Shown piece after piece: positions 1 through 10,663 of a stretch of 64,000 nt of DNA. Each line of letters begins with the position of its first letter. The first letter of the stretch is position 1. This stretch comes from an uncultured Pirellulaceae bacterium (lineage in GTDB: Bacteria; Planctomycetota; Planctomycetia; Pirellulales; Pirellulaceae). The stretch lies in the NCBI GenBank assembly GCA_937928555.1, contig CALFWR010000004.1, positions 15,513 through 79,512 of the forward strand. The letters are read 5' to 3'. A model generated the notes under the pieces. It was given only the letters and a program-made list of their open reading frames with translations. It did no database searches and was not told the DNA's origin. The position numbers and the translations under genes were made by a program.

Positions 1-3000
1 CTTTTTGGCGGCAGCATCGAAACCGGTCGGGCTGAAGTTACTCTTCTCAACCCCACCGCCCCGGACGCCAACGGTATCGGGTTTGACGTTCAATTTGGCT
101 TTGACACAACGATTGAAGACCAATCCTTTCCGGTAACGTCACAGCAGTCCGTGTTCGGATTGGCGATCGATGGTGATCCGGCAGGTACCGCAGATCCGGA
201 TGGGCAAACTTTTCCTTTCGGTCGCGAGGGCGACGAGTTAATTCTGAGTGAATTCACTCGCAACGGCGTTCCCAACGTGAACCTTGATTTCCAGCTAGGC
301 AACATTACAAGGATTCCGATCCCGTTTTACCGCGAACCGGATGTCGTCCGCCAGCCACAGGATATCCTTCGGGACCGTGACGCGACGATTCTTAATGCAT
401 CGGTGACTCAGGAAGGCCGATTCCTTTACGCTGCCCACACCGCCCGCGCGGGTGCTGACAACTTTGGCGCGAACTCCCACATTCGCTGGTACGTTGTCGA
501 TACCGTGTCGGGAACCCTGCACGACTCGGGGATCATCGAAGCTGCCACCGACGATCTGGACTACATCAATCCGTCGATCGACGTCAGCCCCAACGGGACG
601 GTTGCTATTGGTTTCACGGCGACCGGATTGAACGTGAACCCCAGTTCGTTTGTCGCTCTGGGAACGCCTTCTGCGGGCTTGGAATCGCCGCTGGTTTTCA
701 ATGACGCGGTTTCACTTCGAGACGGTGAGAACTTTTTCATTGATCCCGGTAACAATCGACAGAATCACTTTTGGGGGCGTTACACCACCACTGTCGTTGA
801 CCCCTTCGAGCCAAACCGCTTTTGGACGTTCCAGCAGTATGCCACTGCTGACAATGACTGGGCGGTTGAGGTGACCAATGTTGGTCCTTCGGAAATTAAT
901 CCTGTCGTCGATGCCGTTCCAGCGGATCTTGATAACATCATTGTCATTGAACAGGACGGCGACAATATCGAAGTTACGATCGACGGGACTCTGTCCGGCG
1001 TTTTTGATTCCTCTGCTCTGAGCACTCTGACGGTTAACGGCAACGGCGGCTTTGACCAGTTTTTCGTTCGCGTCGATGATCTGTTCGCCCCTGAAATCAG
1101 TGGCTCATTTATTCTCAATGGTGACGGCGACGATACCTTCACTTACGAGGGCTCGACCGACAACCTCTTTCAATTCAACGTTGGTGCCGGTGGCGATGTC
1201 AATGATGTCAACGTGAACAATGGTCGAATCCTCGCCAGTGGATTCGTGCAATTCACCAGCGGCGATGGGAATGACCGTTTCCAGTTCCCGACTGCGAATT
1301 ACGACATTGACGTTTTCGGTGGCGACGGCAATGACACCTTTGTTGCGGATCAGAACATCACCGGCGACCTTGCGATTCGCGGACAAGTCGGCGACGACAC
1401 GTACAACATTGCGGCGACATCACTGCCGGCGGTTGACTTACTGGATAGCATCGGAGGCGGCGAAGTTGACACACTGGTTTCAACGGGCACCGATGGCCAG
1501 GACGTCATCGAAGTCACCGATAACGCGTTGCTGATCAATGGAATCGCGATCCCATTTGATGATGCACTGAACAACTTTGGCATCGAAGACTTTTCGCTCG
1601 ATGCACTCGCTGACGACGATATCTTCAATGTTTCGACAACCACCCGAGGAGTGGCGCTGTTTGGCAATCGTGGCAACGACACGTTCAATGTGGTTGAAAC
1701 AACGGCAACCACCGGCGTTGCCCAGCTCGTTATCGATGCCGGAACTGGTAGCGGCAACGTGCTGAACGTTACCCAGAACGATGCTCTTCCGGCTGGCTTT
1801 AACGTTGTCGGAGAAGACATAATCAGTGGATTCACCAGTTCGGACATTGAGTTCACCGCGACTGGAGGAAGTTTCACCGGTAACGGGATTTCAATTTTCG
1901 GTAGCGATAGTCGCTCAGATCTTATCGAAGTCCAGGGGCTCCTGGCTGCCAACGATCTGATCGTTGATGGACGCGGAGGAGACGATGAGTTAATTCTCAA
2001 TAACGTGATCGACGGTTTTGCGACGTTCGTCGGAGGCGCCGGCAATGATCGGTTTGACACGAACATCAACGCGGTTTTCCAGGCTACCTTCGTTGACACC
2101 GTAGACGCGGAACTGGATGTGCTTGACCTTGAGTTGACCAACGGTGACGACACGATTCTGGTCAATCAGGATGGCACCTATGTCTTTAATGGATTGTCAT
2201 ATCCGTCCGGCAATGCCGGTTTCACCGGAATCGAAGACTTTCAGATTAACGGCGGCGACGGCAATGACACGTTCACGATTTCGAATACGACGACGGTCGC
2301 CAATTTCTTCGGCGGCGATGGTGATGACGTCTTTAATGTGACCGAATCAGGCCTCGCTAGCGGCGTTTCCGAGTTTCTGATTGATGGTGGCAGAGGGGCG
2401 AATCAGCTGTTTGCCGTTCGATCGGAAATCTTTGCTGGGGCAACGGTTGGAACAGAGCTTGTTATTGAGAACAACCGCGTCACAGGAATCACCGCTGCCG
2501 ACATCAACTTCCAGGCCACCGACGGAGTCTTTTCTCTGGTGGAACTTACAGGAAGCAATCTGGACGATGTGTTCCGAATTCAGGGCGTCAATTCCGGGAC
2601 ACTGCTGGAAGTTCTGGGAGGAGCGGGCGATGACACCATCGACGTGGCGAGCGGCGTTCAGGGTAACGTCAATGGATTTGGCCAGGGCGGCAACGACTCA
2701 AACATTATTCGTCTGAATGCTTCGGTTAACCGGGTGGTCAATTTTGAAGACATCATCGGTTCCAACCGCGTCGACGTTTTCTTTGACGATTCGCAACAGG
2801 ACATTGTTGTTGACGACGCGGCGGTCGTTGGCAACAGCATCACCTATCAGCTTGGCGGCAGCGTTGTCAATTACGACCGCACCTTTGACACCGTTGCCCT
2901 GCACGCCCTTGGCGGCAACGATCGCTATCAGGTGATCACCTCTGACGCGGACGACCTGATTCTTGCTGGCGGATTCGGCGACGATGTCTACGACATTGGT

Positions 3001-4974
3001 GACGTTTTTGGTGGCACAACAATCACAATCATCGACACCGTTGACGGTGAAAACGATCGCTTGACGGTGACCGGAACCGATGGCGATGACATCTTTGACA
3101 TCACCGAAGATTCATTCCTTATTAACGGCAGCCCATTCATCGACGGATCCGGCGGTGCGACGAACATTGTCGGAATCGAGTCGCTGGAGGTCCTTGGGCT
3201 CGGCGGTGACGATACCTTCAACGTGACTTCGGCGACACGGGGATTCGGGCTTGATGGGGGCGCGGGCAATGATCGGTTCGTAATCCACGACACGGCCGTG
3301 GACGCCGGTTCGAACAACCTTGAAATCGAAGGCGGTACGGGCGTCAACACGATCGACATTCAGCGGATCGAGGGCACTCCCCGGGCCGCTGTGATCGAAG
3401 AGGGTCGCATTCGCGGAGTGGCCAATGCGGCGATTCTTTACACTGCTACTGGCGGAAGCTTTGAAGACATCACGATCCGAGGCGTTGAACGGGCCGAACC
3501 GGGCTCTGATCCGCTACCGTTCCTAGATGCCTTCCTTGTCTTTGGATTGCTTCCCGAGAACTCACTACGACTCTTGGGTGGACTTGGTAACGACTTCTTC
3601 CGCGTCGCACCGGAAGTTGCTGGTGATGTCTTCTTGGACGGCCAGGACGGTCGGGACCGCTACGTCGGTTTGCTTTCTGAAACACAGACGCGGCGACTGG
3701 ACATTGCTGACTCGGGAACGGATGGTTCGGTTGATCGAATCAATGCATTCCTGACAGAGAACAGCGATGTCGTGACAATTAACGGGAACGAACTTCGGAT
3801 CTTCAACGATGTACTGTCGTTCCAACCAACGATTGAAACGATCCAGATTCTCGCTGGAGAAGGCGACGACCTGATCGAAGTCGTTCAAGCTTTCAACGTG
3901 GCCAACTTGCAGATTCAGGGGCAAAGCGGCGATGACCGACTGATTGCCAATGGTGTTGGCGGAATTGATAATCTGATCCTGATCGGCGACAACGGCAATG
4001 ACACCCTGGAGTTGCTGGAATCGGCGGACTCCGGATTCGTCAGCGTGTTTGGCAACGCGGGCGCGGATACGATTCGCGTCTCTGAAGATTTCTTCCGGGA
4101 CGGTTTTGTTGACGGTGGATTTGGATCGGACCGCTACGAGATTTCCTTTGCCGACCTTGGCGACAGAAGGCTTCAAGTGTTTGACTTTGGTGATGCGGAT
4201 AATGACACTGCCCAGATTCGTCTGACAGACACTGTTTCCAATGTGACTGTACGGGCATCGGGCTTTACTTCGCCTACCCAGTTGATCACAACGTCACGTC
4301 GGCTTGAGTCGATCGAATTGGTCGGAACCTCAGGTCAGGATATCGTCACAATGTTTGCTGCTCCGTCTGCAAACACGTCGATCAATACCGGCACAGGCGC
4401 CGACATCCTGAATCTGTTTAGCAACAACGGTGCCGAGAACCTTGACATTGATTTGGGAGCACAGGGCGACACGGCCAACATTATCAGAACGGCTGTAGGC
4501 ACGAACACGAATATCGTGACCGGTCGCGACAATGACCTTGTCAACATTGGTTCTACTGCGGCAGCGGATAACGGAAACCTGGGCACATTGCAGGGAGCAT
4601 TGGCGATCGACCTTGGACTAGGATCTGACCGACTGTTCGTCAGTGATTCGGCATCCAATGGCGGTTTTGGTTACACCCTGACTGACACTTCCTTCCGTAA
4701 CCGTGACGAAACGTTTGCTCGTCCTGCATTCTTGGGAGTTGACTTCATCAACGCCGAATTCCTTCAGTTCCGGGCTCCTACCCAGAACAACTTTGTTTCG
4801 GTGACCCCAAGCAACACGGTCCGATTCATTGTTGATGGGAACTCGCTTGTCAATCGCCTGTTTATCCCTGGCGGAAATGACGGACGTGAGTTGTTCGAGT
4901 TCGGTGACAACGAAGGCATCTGGTCATTCGATGCTTTCCGGGATATCCAGTTCCGCAACTTCTTCAACATCTAG
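1..4974 (+). CDS. Giant secreted RTX/hemolysin-type Ca-binding repeat protein (5' partial, frame open from base 1)
   Basis: No stop in this frame from base 1 to TAG at 4972-4974. Many GGxGxD nonapeptides (GGDGND, GGAGND, GGFGDD). Acidic and Cys-free. N-terminal part has a WGRYTTTVVDP..FWTFQQY segment. Confidence 0.85.
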   Translation, partial: LFGGSIETGRAEVTLLNPTAPDANGIGFDVQFGFDTTIEDQSFPVTSQQSVFGLAIDGDPAGTADPDGQTFPFGREGDELILSEFTRNGVPNVNLDFQLGNITRIPIPFYREPDVVRQPQDILRDRDATILNASVTQEGRFLYAAHTARAGADNFGANSHIRWYVVDTVSGTLHDSGIIEAATDDLDYINPSIDVSPNGTVAIGFTATGLNVNPSSFVALGTPSAGLESPLVFNDAVSLRDGENFFIDPGNNRQNHFWGRYTTTVVDPFEPNRFWTFQQYATADNDWAVEVTNVGPSEINPVVDAVPADLDNIIVIEQDGDNIEVTIDGTLSGVFDSSALSTLTVNGNGGFDQFFVRVDDLFAPEISGSFILNGDGDDTFTYEGSTDNLFQFNVGAGGDVNDVNVNNGRILASGFVQFTSGDGNDRFQFPTANYDIDVFGGDGNDTFVADQNITGDLAIRGQVGDDTYNIAATSLPAVDLLDSIGGGEVDTLVSTGTDGQDVIEVTDNALLINGIAIPFDDALNNFGIEDFSLDALADDDIFNVSTTTRGVALFGNRGNDTFNVVETTATTGVAQLVIDAGTGSGNVLNVTQNDALPAGFNVVGEDIISGFTSSDIEFTATGGSFTGNGISIFGSDSRSDLIEVQGLLAANDLIVDGRGGDDELILNNVIDGFATFVGGAGNDRFDTNINAVFQATFVDTVDAELDVLDLELTNGDDTILVNQDGTYVFNGLSYPSGNAGFTGIEDFQINGGDGNDTFTISNTTTVANFFGGDGDDVFNVTESGLASGVSEFLIDGGRGANQLFAVRSEIFAGATVGTELVIENNRVTGITAADINFQATDGVFSLVELTGSNLDDVFRIQGVNSGTLLEVLGGAGDDTIDVASGVQGNVNGFGQGGNDSNIIRLNASVNRVVNFEDIIGSNRVDVFFDDSQQDIVVDDAAVVGNSITYQLGGSVVNYDRTFDTVALHALGGNDRYQVITSDADDLILAGGFGDDVYDIGDVFGGTTITIIDTVDGENDRLTVTGTDGDDIFDITEDSFLINGSPFIDGSGGATNIVGIESLEVLGLGGDDTFNVTSATRGFGLDGGAGNDRFVIHDTAVDAGSNNLEIEGGTGVNTIDIQRIEGTPRAAVIEEGRIRGVANAAILYTATGGSFEDITIRGVERAEPGSDPLPFLDAFLVFGLLPENSLRLLGGLGNDFFRVAPEVAGDVFLDGQDGRDRYVGLLSETQTRRLDIADSGTDGSVDRINAFLTENSDVVTINGNELRIFNDVLSFQPTIETIQILAGEGDDLIEVVQAFNVANLQIQGQSGDDRLIANGVGGIDNLILIGDNGNDTLELLESADSGFVSVFGNAGADTIRVSEDFFRDGFVDGGFGSDRYEISFADLGDRRLQVFDFGDADNDTAQIRLTDTVSNVTVRASGFTSPTQLITTSRRLESIELVGTSGQDIVTMFAAPSANTSINTGTGADILNLFSNNGAENLDIDLGAQGDTANIIRTAVGTNTNIVTGRDNDLVNIGSTAAADNGNLGTLQGALAIDLGLGSDRLFVSDSASNGGFGYTLTDTSFRNRDETFARPAFLGVDFINAEFLQFRAPTQNNFVSVTPSNTVRFIVDGNSLVNRLFIPGGNDGRELFEFGDNEGIWSFDAFRDIQFRNFFNI

Positions 4975-5001
4975 AATGCGTTTTGGATAAAAGCCAACCA
5001 C

Positions 5002-5032
5002 GGCGGCAAGCTGCAAAGTTTGCCGCCTTTTT
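5002..5032 (+). terminator. Intrinsic terminator after the RTX gene
   Basis: GGCGGCAA-loop-TTGCCGCC followed by TTTTT. Confidence 0.75.
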
Positions 5033-5097
5033 GTTTGCGTCGTCGCTGGCCGGAAATGTCTGTCGCTGAAAATTGTTTCGTCGACGGTCGTTTTTGC

Positions 5098-7929
5098 CTA
5101 GTGAGCAATCAGCCAGTTTTCGCCGTAGCCGGTTTCCACTTCGATGGGCACTTTCATTGGGATCGCGCCGGTCATCGCGTCGATGATGACGGGAATCACT
5201 GAATCGGTTTCGTCCCGCTTCATGTCAAAAACGATTTCATCGTGGACGGTGAGAAGCATTTTTGTCTCAAAGCCTCCGTCCTCAAGAGCAGCAAAGACGC
5301 GGATCATGGAGAGCTTGAGCAAGTCGGCGGCGGTGCCCTGGATCGGGCTGTTCATCGCCAGTCGCTCGGCCGCACGCTGGAGCGTCTTGTTGCGCGAGTT
5401 GATGTCACGCAGATAGCGGCGGCGCCCGGTGCGGGTCGCGACGTAGCCGTGTTCTTTTCCGAATTCGATCGTCTTGTCAATCCATGCCCGGACTCCGGGA
5501 TGTTTGTCGAAGTAGTTGTCGATCAGTTCGTTGGCTTCCTTGCGGGGAATGTTGAGCCGTTGTTGCAAGCCAAATGCAGAGATACCGTAGAGAATTCCGA
5601 AGTTCACCGTTTTGGCTTTGTCCCGCATTTCCCGAGTCACATCTTCGGGATCGACTTTGTAGACTTTCGATGCGGTTGAGGTGTGAATGTCCGCGCCGGA
5701 GTTGAATGCATCCAGCATGGCGGGGTCTTCGCTGAGGTCAGCCATGATTCGCAGTTCGACTTGGGAGTAGTCTGCAGAAAGAATCTGGTAGTCGTCGGAT
5801 CGCGGCACAAAGGCGGCCCGTATCTCCCGTCCACGCTGTTTCCGAATCGGGATCGTTTGCAGGTTTGGGTTATTGGACTGAATCCGACCGGTTGCAATCC
5901 AGTTCTGGCTGTAGTGCGTGTGCAGTCGGTTGTCTCCATCGATCCAGCCGGGTAGTTGGTCAATGTAAACGGATTTCAGTTTGACGGCGTTTCGGTACTC
6001 AAGAACGTCTGCCACGATTTTGTGTGATGGAGCAAGTCGCTGAAGTTCGGCTTCGCGGGTCGTGTACTGTCCGGTTGCGGTTTTTCGCGGGTTGTCGACG
6101 AGTTTCAGTTCGTCGTACAGAATCGTACCCAGTTGTTTGGGCGAATCGATGTTGAAATCCCGACCGGCGGCGGCATGTATTTCACCGCGCAGCTCTTCAA
6201 TTTCGTCAGAGAGCTTCTCCGAAAAGTCACTAATGGCTTTGGTGTCCAGAGTGATGCCTTCGAATTCCATATCGACCAGAACGGGAATCAGTGGGCATTC
6301 GATTTCGTGGCAGACTTCGCCGACGCCCCGCTTTTGAATATCGGGTTCGATGACTTTGGCTACTTGCAAAGTGATATCGGCATCTTCGCAGGCGTACTCG
6401 ACCAGGTGATCCTGTAGAACATCGCGCAGGTTTTTTTGATCAGGGCCTTTTTCTCCAATCAGATCCGAAATCGGAATCGGCTTGTATGCGAGGTAAAGTT
6501 TGGCAAGGTAATCCAGGCCATGGTTCATCTCTGGCTCCTTCATCGAATGAGCCAGCATCGTGTCCATCAGCCTGCCTTTTACCAAAACCCCGTGCCATCT
6601 GAGCAGCGTCACGTCGTATTTCAGGTTGTGTCCAATTTTGGCGATCGCCGGATTTTCAAACAGCTCACGGAACTCGCCGAGAACGGCTTTGGCTTCGGCG
6701 GGATCGCTGGGGCAGACGACGTAAAACGCCTCGTGGGCTTTGAATGAAAAAGCGATTCCCAGCGGAAGTGCGACGCGTGGATCAAGCCCCGTCGTTTCGG
6801 TGTCAAAACAGAATTCTTTCTGCTGTCCGAGTTTCGCGATCAGAGATGTACGTTGCTCCGGCGTGGTGACCGCGGTGTACTTGTGCTTGACCGAACGAAT
6901 GTTCTTTTCAGCGACGACCGCTTCATCAAACAGCGATGTTTGAATTTCCTTTTCCCGCTTTTCACGAATCACTGCGGCGCGTTTGGGAGCCGAGGTGAAC
7001 GAGCTGCCGAAAAGTTTCTTGCCCAACGAATCGAACTCAAGTTCTTCAAACAGCGCCTTGAGTGCATTGTCGTTGGACTCGCGAATGCGAAAGTCCGAAA
7101 GTTTGAAATCGTGGGGCACATCGGTTTTGATCGTGACCAGTTCTCGCGACAGAATCGCCATCTCGCGATTCTCTTCGACTCGCTCTTTTTGCTTGCCTTT
7201 GAGTTGATCGGTGCTGTCGATCAGTTTTTGAATCGATCCAAACTGATTGATGAGTTTAACCGCCGTTTTGGGGCCGATTCCCGGTATGCCCGGAACGTTG
7301 TCACTTTTGTCTCCCATCAAGCCAAGTACATCGATCACCTGATCAACGCGTTCGACCTCCCATTTTTCAAGTACCGCAGCGACGTCCAGGACGTCAACCG
7401 ATCCGCCTTTGTGGCCGGGTTTGTAGACTTTGATGCGATCGGTGACAAGTTGATGATAATCCTTGTCAGGAGTCACCATGAAAACTTCAACATCCTGTTC
7501 GGCGGCCTCGATTGCGAGGGTACCGATGATGTCGTCTGCTTCAAAACCGGGCGTGCGGATGATCGTGATGTTCATCGCCTGCATCAGACGATCTACCAAA
7601 GGAATCTGGATCGCAATGTCTTCGGGCAGCGAATCGCGTTGGGCTTTGTAGTCCGGAAATGCTTCGTGACGAAAAGTGGGTTCGCTGGTGTCAAATGCGA
7701 TTGCGATATGGGTTGGTTTTTGTTTTCGCAGTAGTTCAAAAACAGTGTTGGCAATGCCAAACACCGCGGATGTTGGCACTTCGCCCGAGGTGAACCTTGG
7801 GCTGCGTATCATGCCGAAGTGGGCACGATAGATGAGGGCCATCCCGTCGAGCAAAAACAGCTTTTGGGGCTCGGTGGCGGTAAACAGATCTGGCCCGGTT
7901 GTAACGGGTGCCGATTTCTTTTTGGCCAT
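5098..7929 (-). CDS. polA: DNA polymerase I
   Basis: 5'-3' exonuclease (LLDGMALIYRA, GFEADDIIG, GDKSDNVPGIPGIGPKTA), 3'-5' exonuclease (FDTETTG, GHNLKYD, YACED), Pol A motifs (DYSQVELR, KTVNFGILYG, VHDE). ATG at 7929 preferred over the track start 7995. Confidence 0.98.
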   Translation of the reverse strand: MAKKKSAPVTTGPDLFTATEPQKLFLLDGMALIYRAHFGMIRSPRFTSGEVPTSAVFGIANTVFELLRKQKPTHIAIAFDTSEPTFRHEAFPDYKAQRDSLPEDIAIQIPLVDRLMQAMNITIIRTPGFEADDIIGTLAIEAAEQDVEVFMVTPDKDYHQLVTDRIKVYKPGHKGGSVDVLDVAAVLEKWEVERVDQVIDVLGLMGDKSDNVPGIPGIGPKTAVKLINQFGSIQKLIDSTDQLKGKQKERVEENREMAILSRELVTIKTDVPHDFKLSDFRIRESNDNALKALFEELEFDSLGKKLFGSSFTSAPKRAAVIREKREKEIQTSLFDEAVVAEKNIRSVKHKYTAVTTPEQRTSLIAKLGQQKEFCFDTETTGLDPRVALPLGIAFSFKAHEAFYVVCPSDPAEAKAVLGEFRELFENPAIAKIGHNLKYDVTLLRWHGVLVKGRLMDTMLAHSMKEPEMNHGLDYLAKLYLAYKPIPISDLIGEKGPDQKNLRDVLQDHLVEYACEDADITLQVAKVIEPDIQKRGVGEVCHEIECPLIPVLVDMEFEGITLDTKAISDFSEKLSDEIEELRGEIHAAAGRDFNIDSPKQLGTILYDELKLVDNPRKTATGQYTTREAELQRLAPSHKIVADVLEYRNAVKLKSVYIDQLPGWIDGDNRLHTHYSQNWIATGRIQSNNPNLQTIPIRKQRGREIRAAFVPRSDDYQILSADYSQVELRIMADLSEDPAMLDAFNSGADIHTSTASKVYKVDPEDVTREMRDKAKTVNFGILYGISAFGLQQRLNIPRKEANELIDNYFDKHPGVRAWIDKTIEFGKEHGYVATRTGRRRYLRDINSRNKTLQRAAERLAMNSPIQGTAADLLKLSMIRVFAALEDGGFETKMLLTVHDEIVFDMKRDETDSVIPVIIDAMTGAIPMKVPIEVETGYGENWLIAH

Positions 7930-8095
7930 GTCAAGAGATAGGATTGTTCCGGAGAAGTGCCTAAAGGTACCAGAAATATCAACGTTTTGTGACAACGTGA
8001 CATCCGCATAGCATTCTTTTTCTTTCGCAGTTAAGATTGGTAGCGGATGAGAACGTGGAGCAGGCTCCCTGATTCCAGCGAATCTGGAAATCTAT

Positions 8096-8731
8096 ATGAC
8101 TGTCATTGGTTTGACTGGCGGAATTGCCAGCGGCAAGAGTTTTGTTGCCCGGTGCCTTGTACAACAGGGTGCGCAGTTAATCGATGCCGACCGGATCGCC
8201 CATGAAGTACTGGGTGACCCCATAGTGATTTCCCGAATTGTCGACCGTTGGGGAGAATCTGTTCTTGATCAATCAGGCTCGATTGACAGAAAGTTGCTTG
8301 GTGAAAAAGTCTTTGCGGATTGTGAACAGTCAGCAGACCAACTTGAGTTACTGGAGTCGATCACACACCCCGAAATTCGTCAGCGAATTCGCACGCGATT
8401 GACTGAGCTGAAAGCTCAGCCTGGCTGTACGCTGGTGGTCCTGGATATCCCTCTTCTTTTCGAAGGCGGATGGGAAAAAGAATGTGACGAAGTGATCTTT
8501 GTTGATACAAGTTTGGAAATTCGAAAGCAGCGAGCTGCCAGTCGCGGCTGGGACGCTGATGAACTTCACAGCAGAGAAACCAAACAGCTTTCTGTTGCCG
8601 ACAAAAAGGCAAAAGCAAGTTGGGTCATTGACAATTCGGGAACGGAAAACGAGACCATTTTGCAACTGAATCGATTCCTTGGGCAAAAAGGAATTTCAGA
8701 TGCTGAAAATATTAAGCACAGACCTGATTGA
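8096..8731 (+). CDS. coaE: Dephospho-CoA kinase
   Basis: IGLTGGIASGKS, IDADRIAH, ITHP, DIPLLFE, IDNSG. Confidence 0.96.
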   Translation: MTVIGLTGGIASGKSFVARCLVQQGAQLIDADRIAHEVLGDPIVISRIVDRWGESVLDQSGSIDRKLLGEKVFADCEQSADQLELLESITHPEIRQRIRTRLTELKAQPGCTLVVLDIPLLFEGGWEKECDEVIFVDTSLEIRKQRAASRGWDADELHSRETKQLSVADKKAKASWVIDNSGTENETILQLNRFLGQKGISDAENIKHRPD

Positions 8732-8777
8732 AACTCTCACCCGAACCGGTTTGTAGCCTCTACCTGAATCCTTCCTC

Positions 8778-10130
8778 ATGACAATTAGCGAAGCAGATAC
8801 CGCTGGGGCCTCTGGCGATGACAACAGAACGATGCGAGAGATCCACGGGGAGACTACTCTGCATTTGGACGATTTGCGCGCACTGTCTCCCGATGCCACC
8901 GACAAACTGTTGGACGACTATGGAATCAGGACGCGATACGACGACCAAAGCGACATCTGGCTTCATGAGTTGCTGGCGCAACACATCGGCAACGGCCAGA
9001 AAGTGATCGGGGCTGGGTCACTTCAGATCCTGCCAGATGGCTTTGGCTTTCTTCGCAGTTCGAGAAGCGATTACTTGAGTGGCCCCGATGATATTTACGT
9101 TTCGCCCAGCCAAATTCGCAAGTTCGATCTGAGAAATGGTGACGTCGTTTCAGGAAACATCAGACCTCCAAAAGACTCTGAGCGATACTTTGCACTGCTG
9201 CGGGTCGAAAATGTCAATGGCTTGCCTCCCGCGGCCAGTCGGGTGGACTTCAATGACTTGGTCCCGTTGGCTCCGTCACAAATGTTGTCACTTTCAGGCG
9301 ACAACCAGAGCACAATCGCAAGGATCATCGATCTGTTTGCACCCATTGGACTGGGACAAAGAGGATTGCTGGTTGGCCCGCCGGGAGCGGGAAAGACCAA
9401 GCTACTACGAGAGATCTCAAAAGCACTCGCAGTGCAGCACCGGGAGATCAAGGTGTTCGTCGTGCTGGTCGATCAACGCCCCGAAGAAGCGGTTCAGTGG
9501 GATCAGGAAACAGAAGGGACAGGCATCGAAGTCATCCAGTCGGACTTTGGAGAATCGTCTTCTAGGCACGTCGATGTGGCATCGATGATCTTTGAAAAAG
9601 CCTGCCGGTTGGTCGAATCCGGAAAGCACAGCTTTGTCATTCTCGATTCGCTTTCCAAGCTCGCACGGATTGAAATGGAAAAACTTCAACCCAAAAAGAC
9701 AACGCCTCACGAAAGCTCCGACATCGAAGACGTCAACCTGGACTCGCTGCCGTGGACTCGGGAGCGATTTTCCCTGGCTCACAGCACCGAAGAGCTCGGA
9801 TCGCTATCCATTTTGGCAACCGTTTCAAAGGAGACCGAACTTGACCGTCAAATCTGCGAACGACTGCTGCCGGTCGCCAATTCGAAAATCGTCCTAGATG
9901 AAGAATTGTTGCAGCGGAGAATTTGGCCCGCGATCAACATTCTCCAGAGCGGGTGTGACTATGAGGACGTTGTTCTTGGCGACGACTTGGTGACGCTGAA
10001 CCAGATGAGAAACCGGCTGGGCACCGTCGGGGCGGCCAAATCGATGGACCAGGTTACCCGTATGCTGAAGCAATTTTCCTCAAACGAGGAATTTCTGGGT
10101 TCCATTTCCTCTCATGACTTCTGGAAATAG
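8778..10130 (+). CDS. rho: Rho transcription-termination-factor homologue with degenerate ATPase motifs
   Basis: GFGFLR...DIYVSPSQIRKFDLRNGD RNA-binding domain; PIGLGQRGLLVGPPGAGKT Walker A. Several catalytic positions are substituted (see findings). Confidence 0.85.
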   Translation: MTISEADTAGASGDDNRTMREIHGETTLHLDDLRALSPDATDKLLDDYGIRTRYDDQSDIWLHELLAQHIGNGQKVIGAGSLQILPDGFGFLRSSRSDYLSGPDDIYVSPSQIRKFDLRNGDVVSGNIRPPKDSERYFALLRVENVNGLPPAASRVDFNDLVPLAPSQMLSLSGDNQSTIARIIDLFAPIGLGQRGLLVGPPGAGKTKLLREISKALAVQHREIKVFVVLVDQRPEEAVQWDQETEGTGIEVIQSDFGESSSRHVDVASMIFEKACRLVESGKHSFVILDSLSKLARIEMEKLQPKKTTPHESSDIEDVNLDSLPWTRERFSLAHSTEELGSLSILATVSKETELDRQICERLLPVANSKIVLDEELLQRRIWPAINILQSGCDYEDVVLGDDLVTLNQMRNRLGTVGAAKSMDQVTRMLKQFSSNEEFLGSISSHDFWK

Positions 10131-10177
10131 CAGCATTGGGTTATCTTCCCGGTAGTCCGACGGCAAGCAGAAAAGTT

Positions 10178-10663
10178 ATGAAAATCGACAGCAACCAACG
10201 AGAGCTGGGAGCCCCCGGCTACATCCCCGGCACGCGAGTGGGAATCGTGGTCTCCAGTTACCACCGCCAGATCACCGGAAAGCTTCTTGACGGAGCCCGC
10301 GAAACTCTAATCGGTGTTGGCCTGTCCGAGAAAGACATCGAAGTCGTCTGGGTTCCCGGCTCCTGGGAAATCCCTGTCGTCGCGCAGCGGATGTTGGAAA
10401 GAAAAAAATTACACGGCGTCATCTGCCTTGGGTGTGTGATTCGCGGCGAAACGACTCACGATCAGCACATCAATGCCTCGATCAGTCAAGCCATTGGCCG
10501 GCTGGCGATTGAGTTCGCCAGCCCGGTGGCGTTCGGCGTGCTCACCTGCAATACGCTGGAACAGGCAGTCGCTCGTAGTGGCGGCGATGTTGGCAACAAG
10601 GGGGTGGAAGCTGCCGAAGCTGTCCTTCATGTTCTCAACGCGTTTGAGCAACTCGAAGACTAA
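10178..10663 (+). CDS. ribH: 6,7-dimethyl-8-ribityllumazine synthase
   Basis: VPGSWEIP, CLGCVIRGETTH, FGVLT, NKGVEAA; upstream of nusB. Confidence 0.96.
   Translation: MKIDSNQRELGAPGYIPGTRVGIVVSSYHRQITGKLLDGARETLIGVGLSEKDIEVVWVPGSWEIPVVAQRMLERKKLHGVICLGCVIRGETTHDQHINASISQAIGRLAIEFASPVAFGVLTCNTLEQAVARSGGDVGNKGVEAAEAVLHVLNAFEQLED

Noticed and set aside
1-4974. RTX toxin
   Set aside because: No pore-forming or other toxin domain and no acyltransferase or T1SS genes visible; only Ca-binding repeats are supported.
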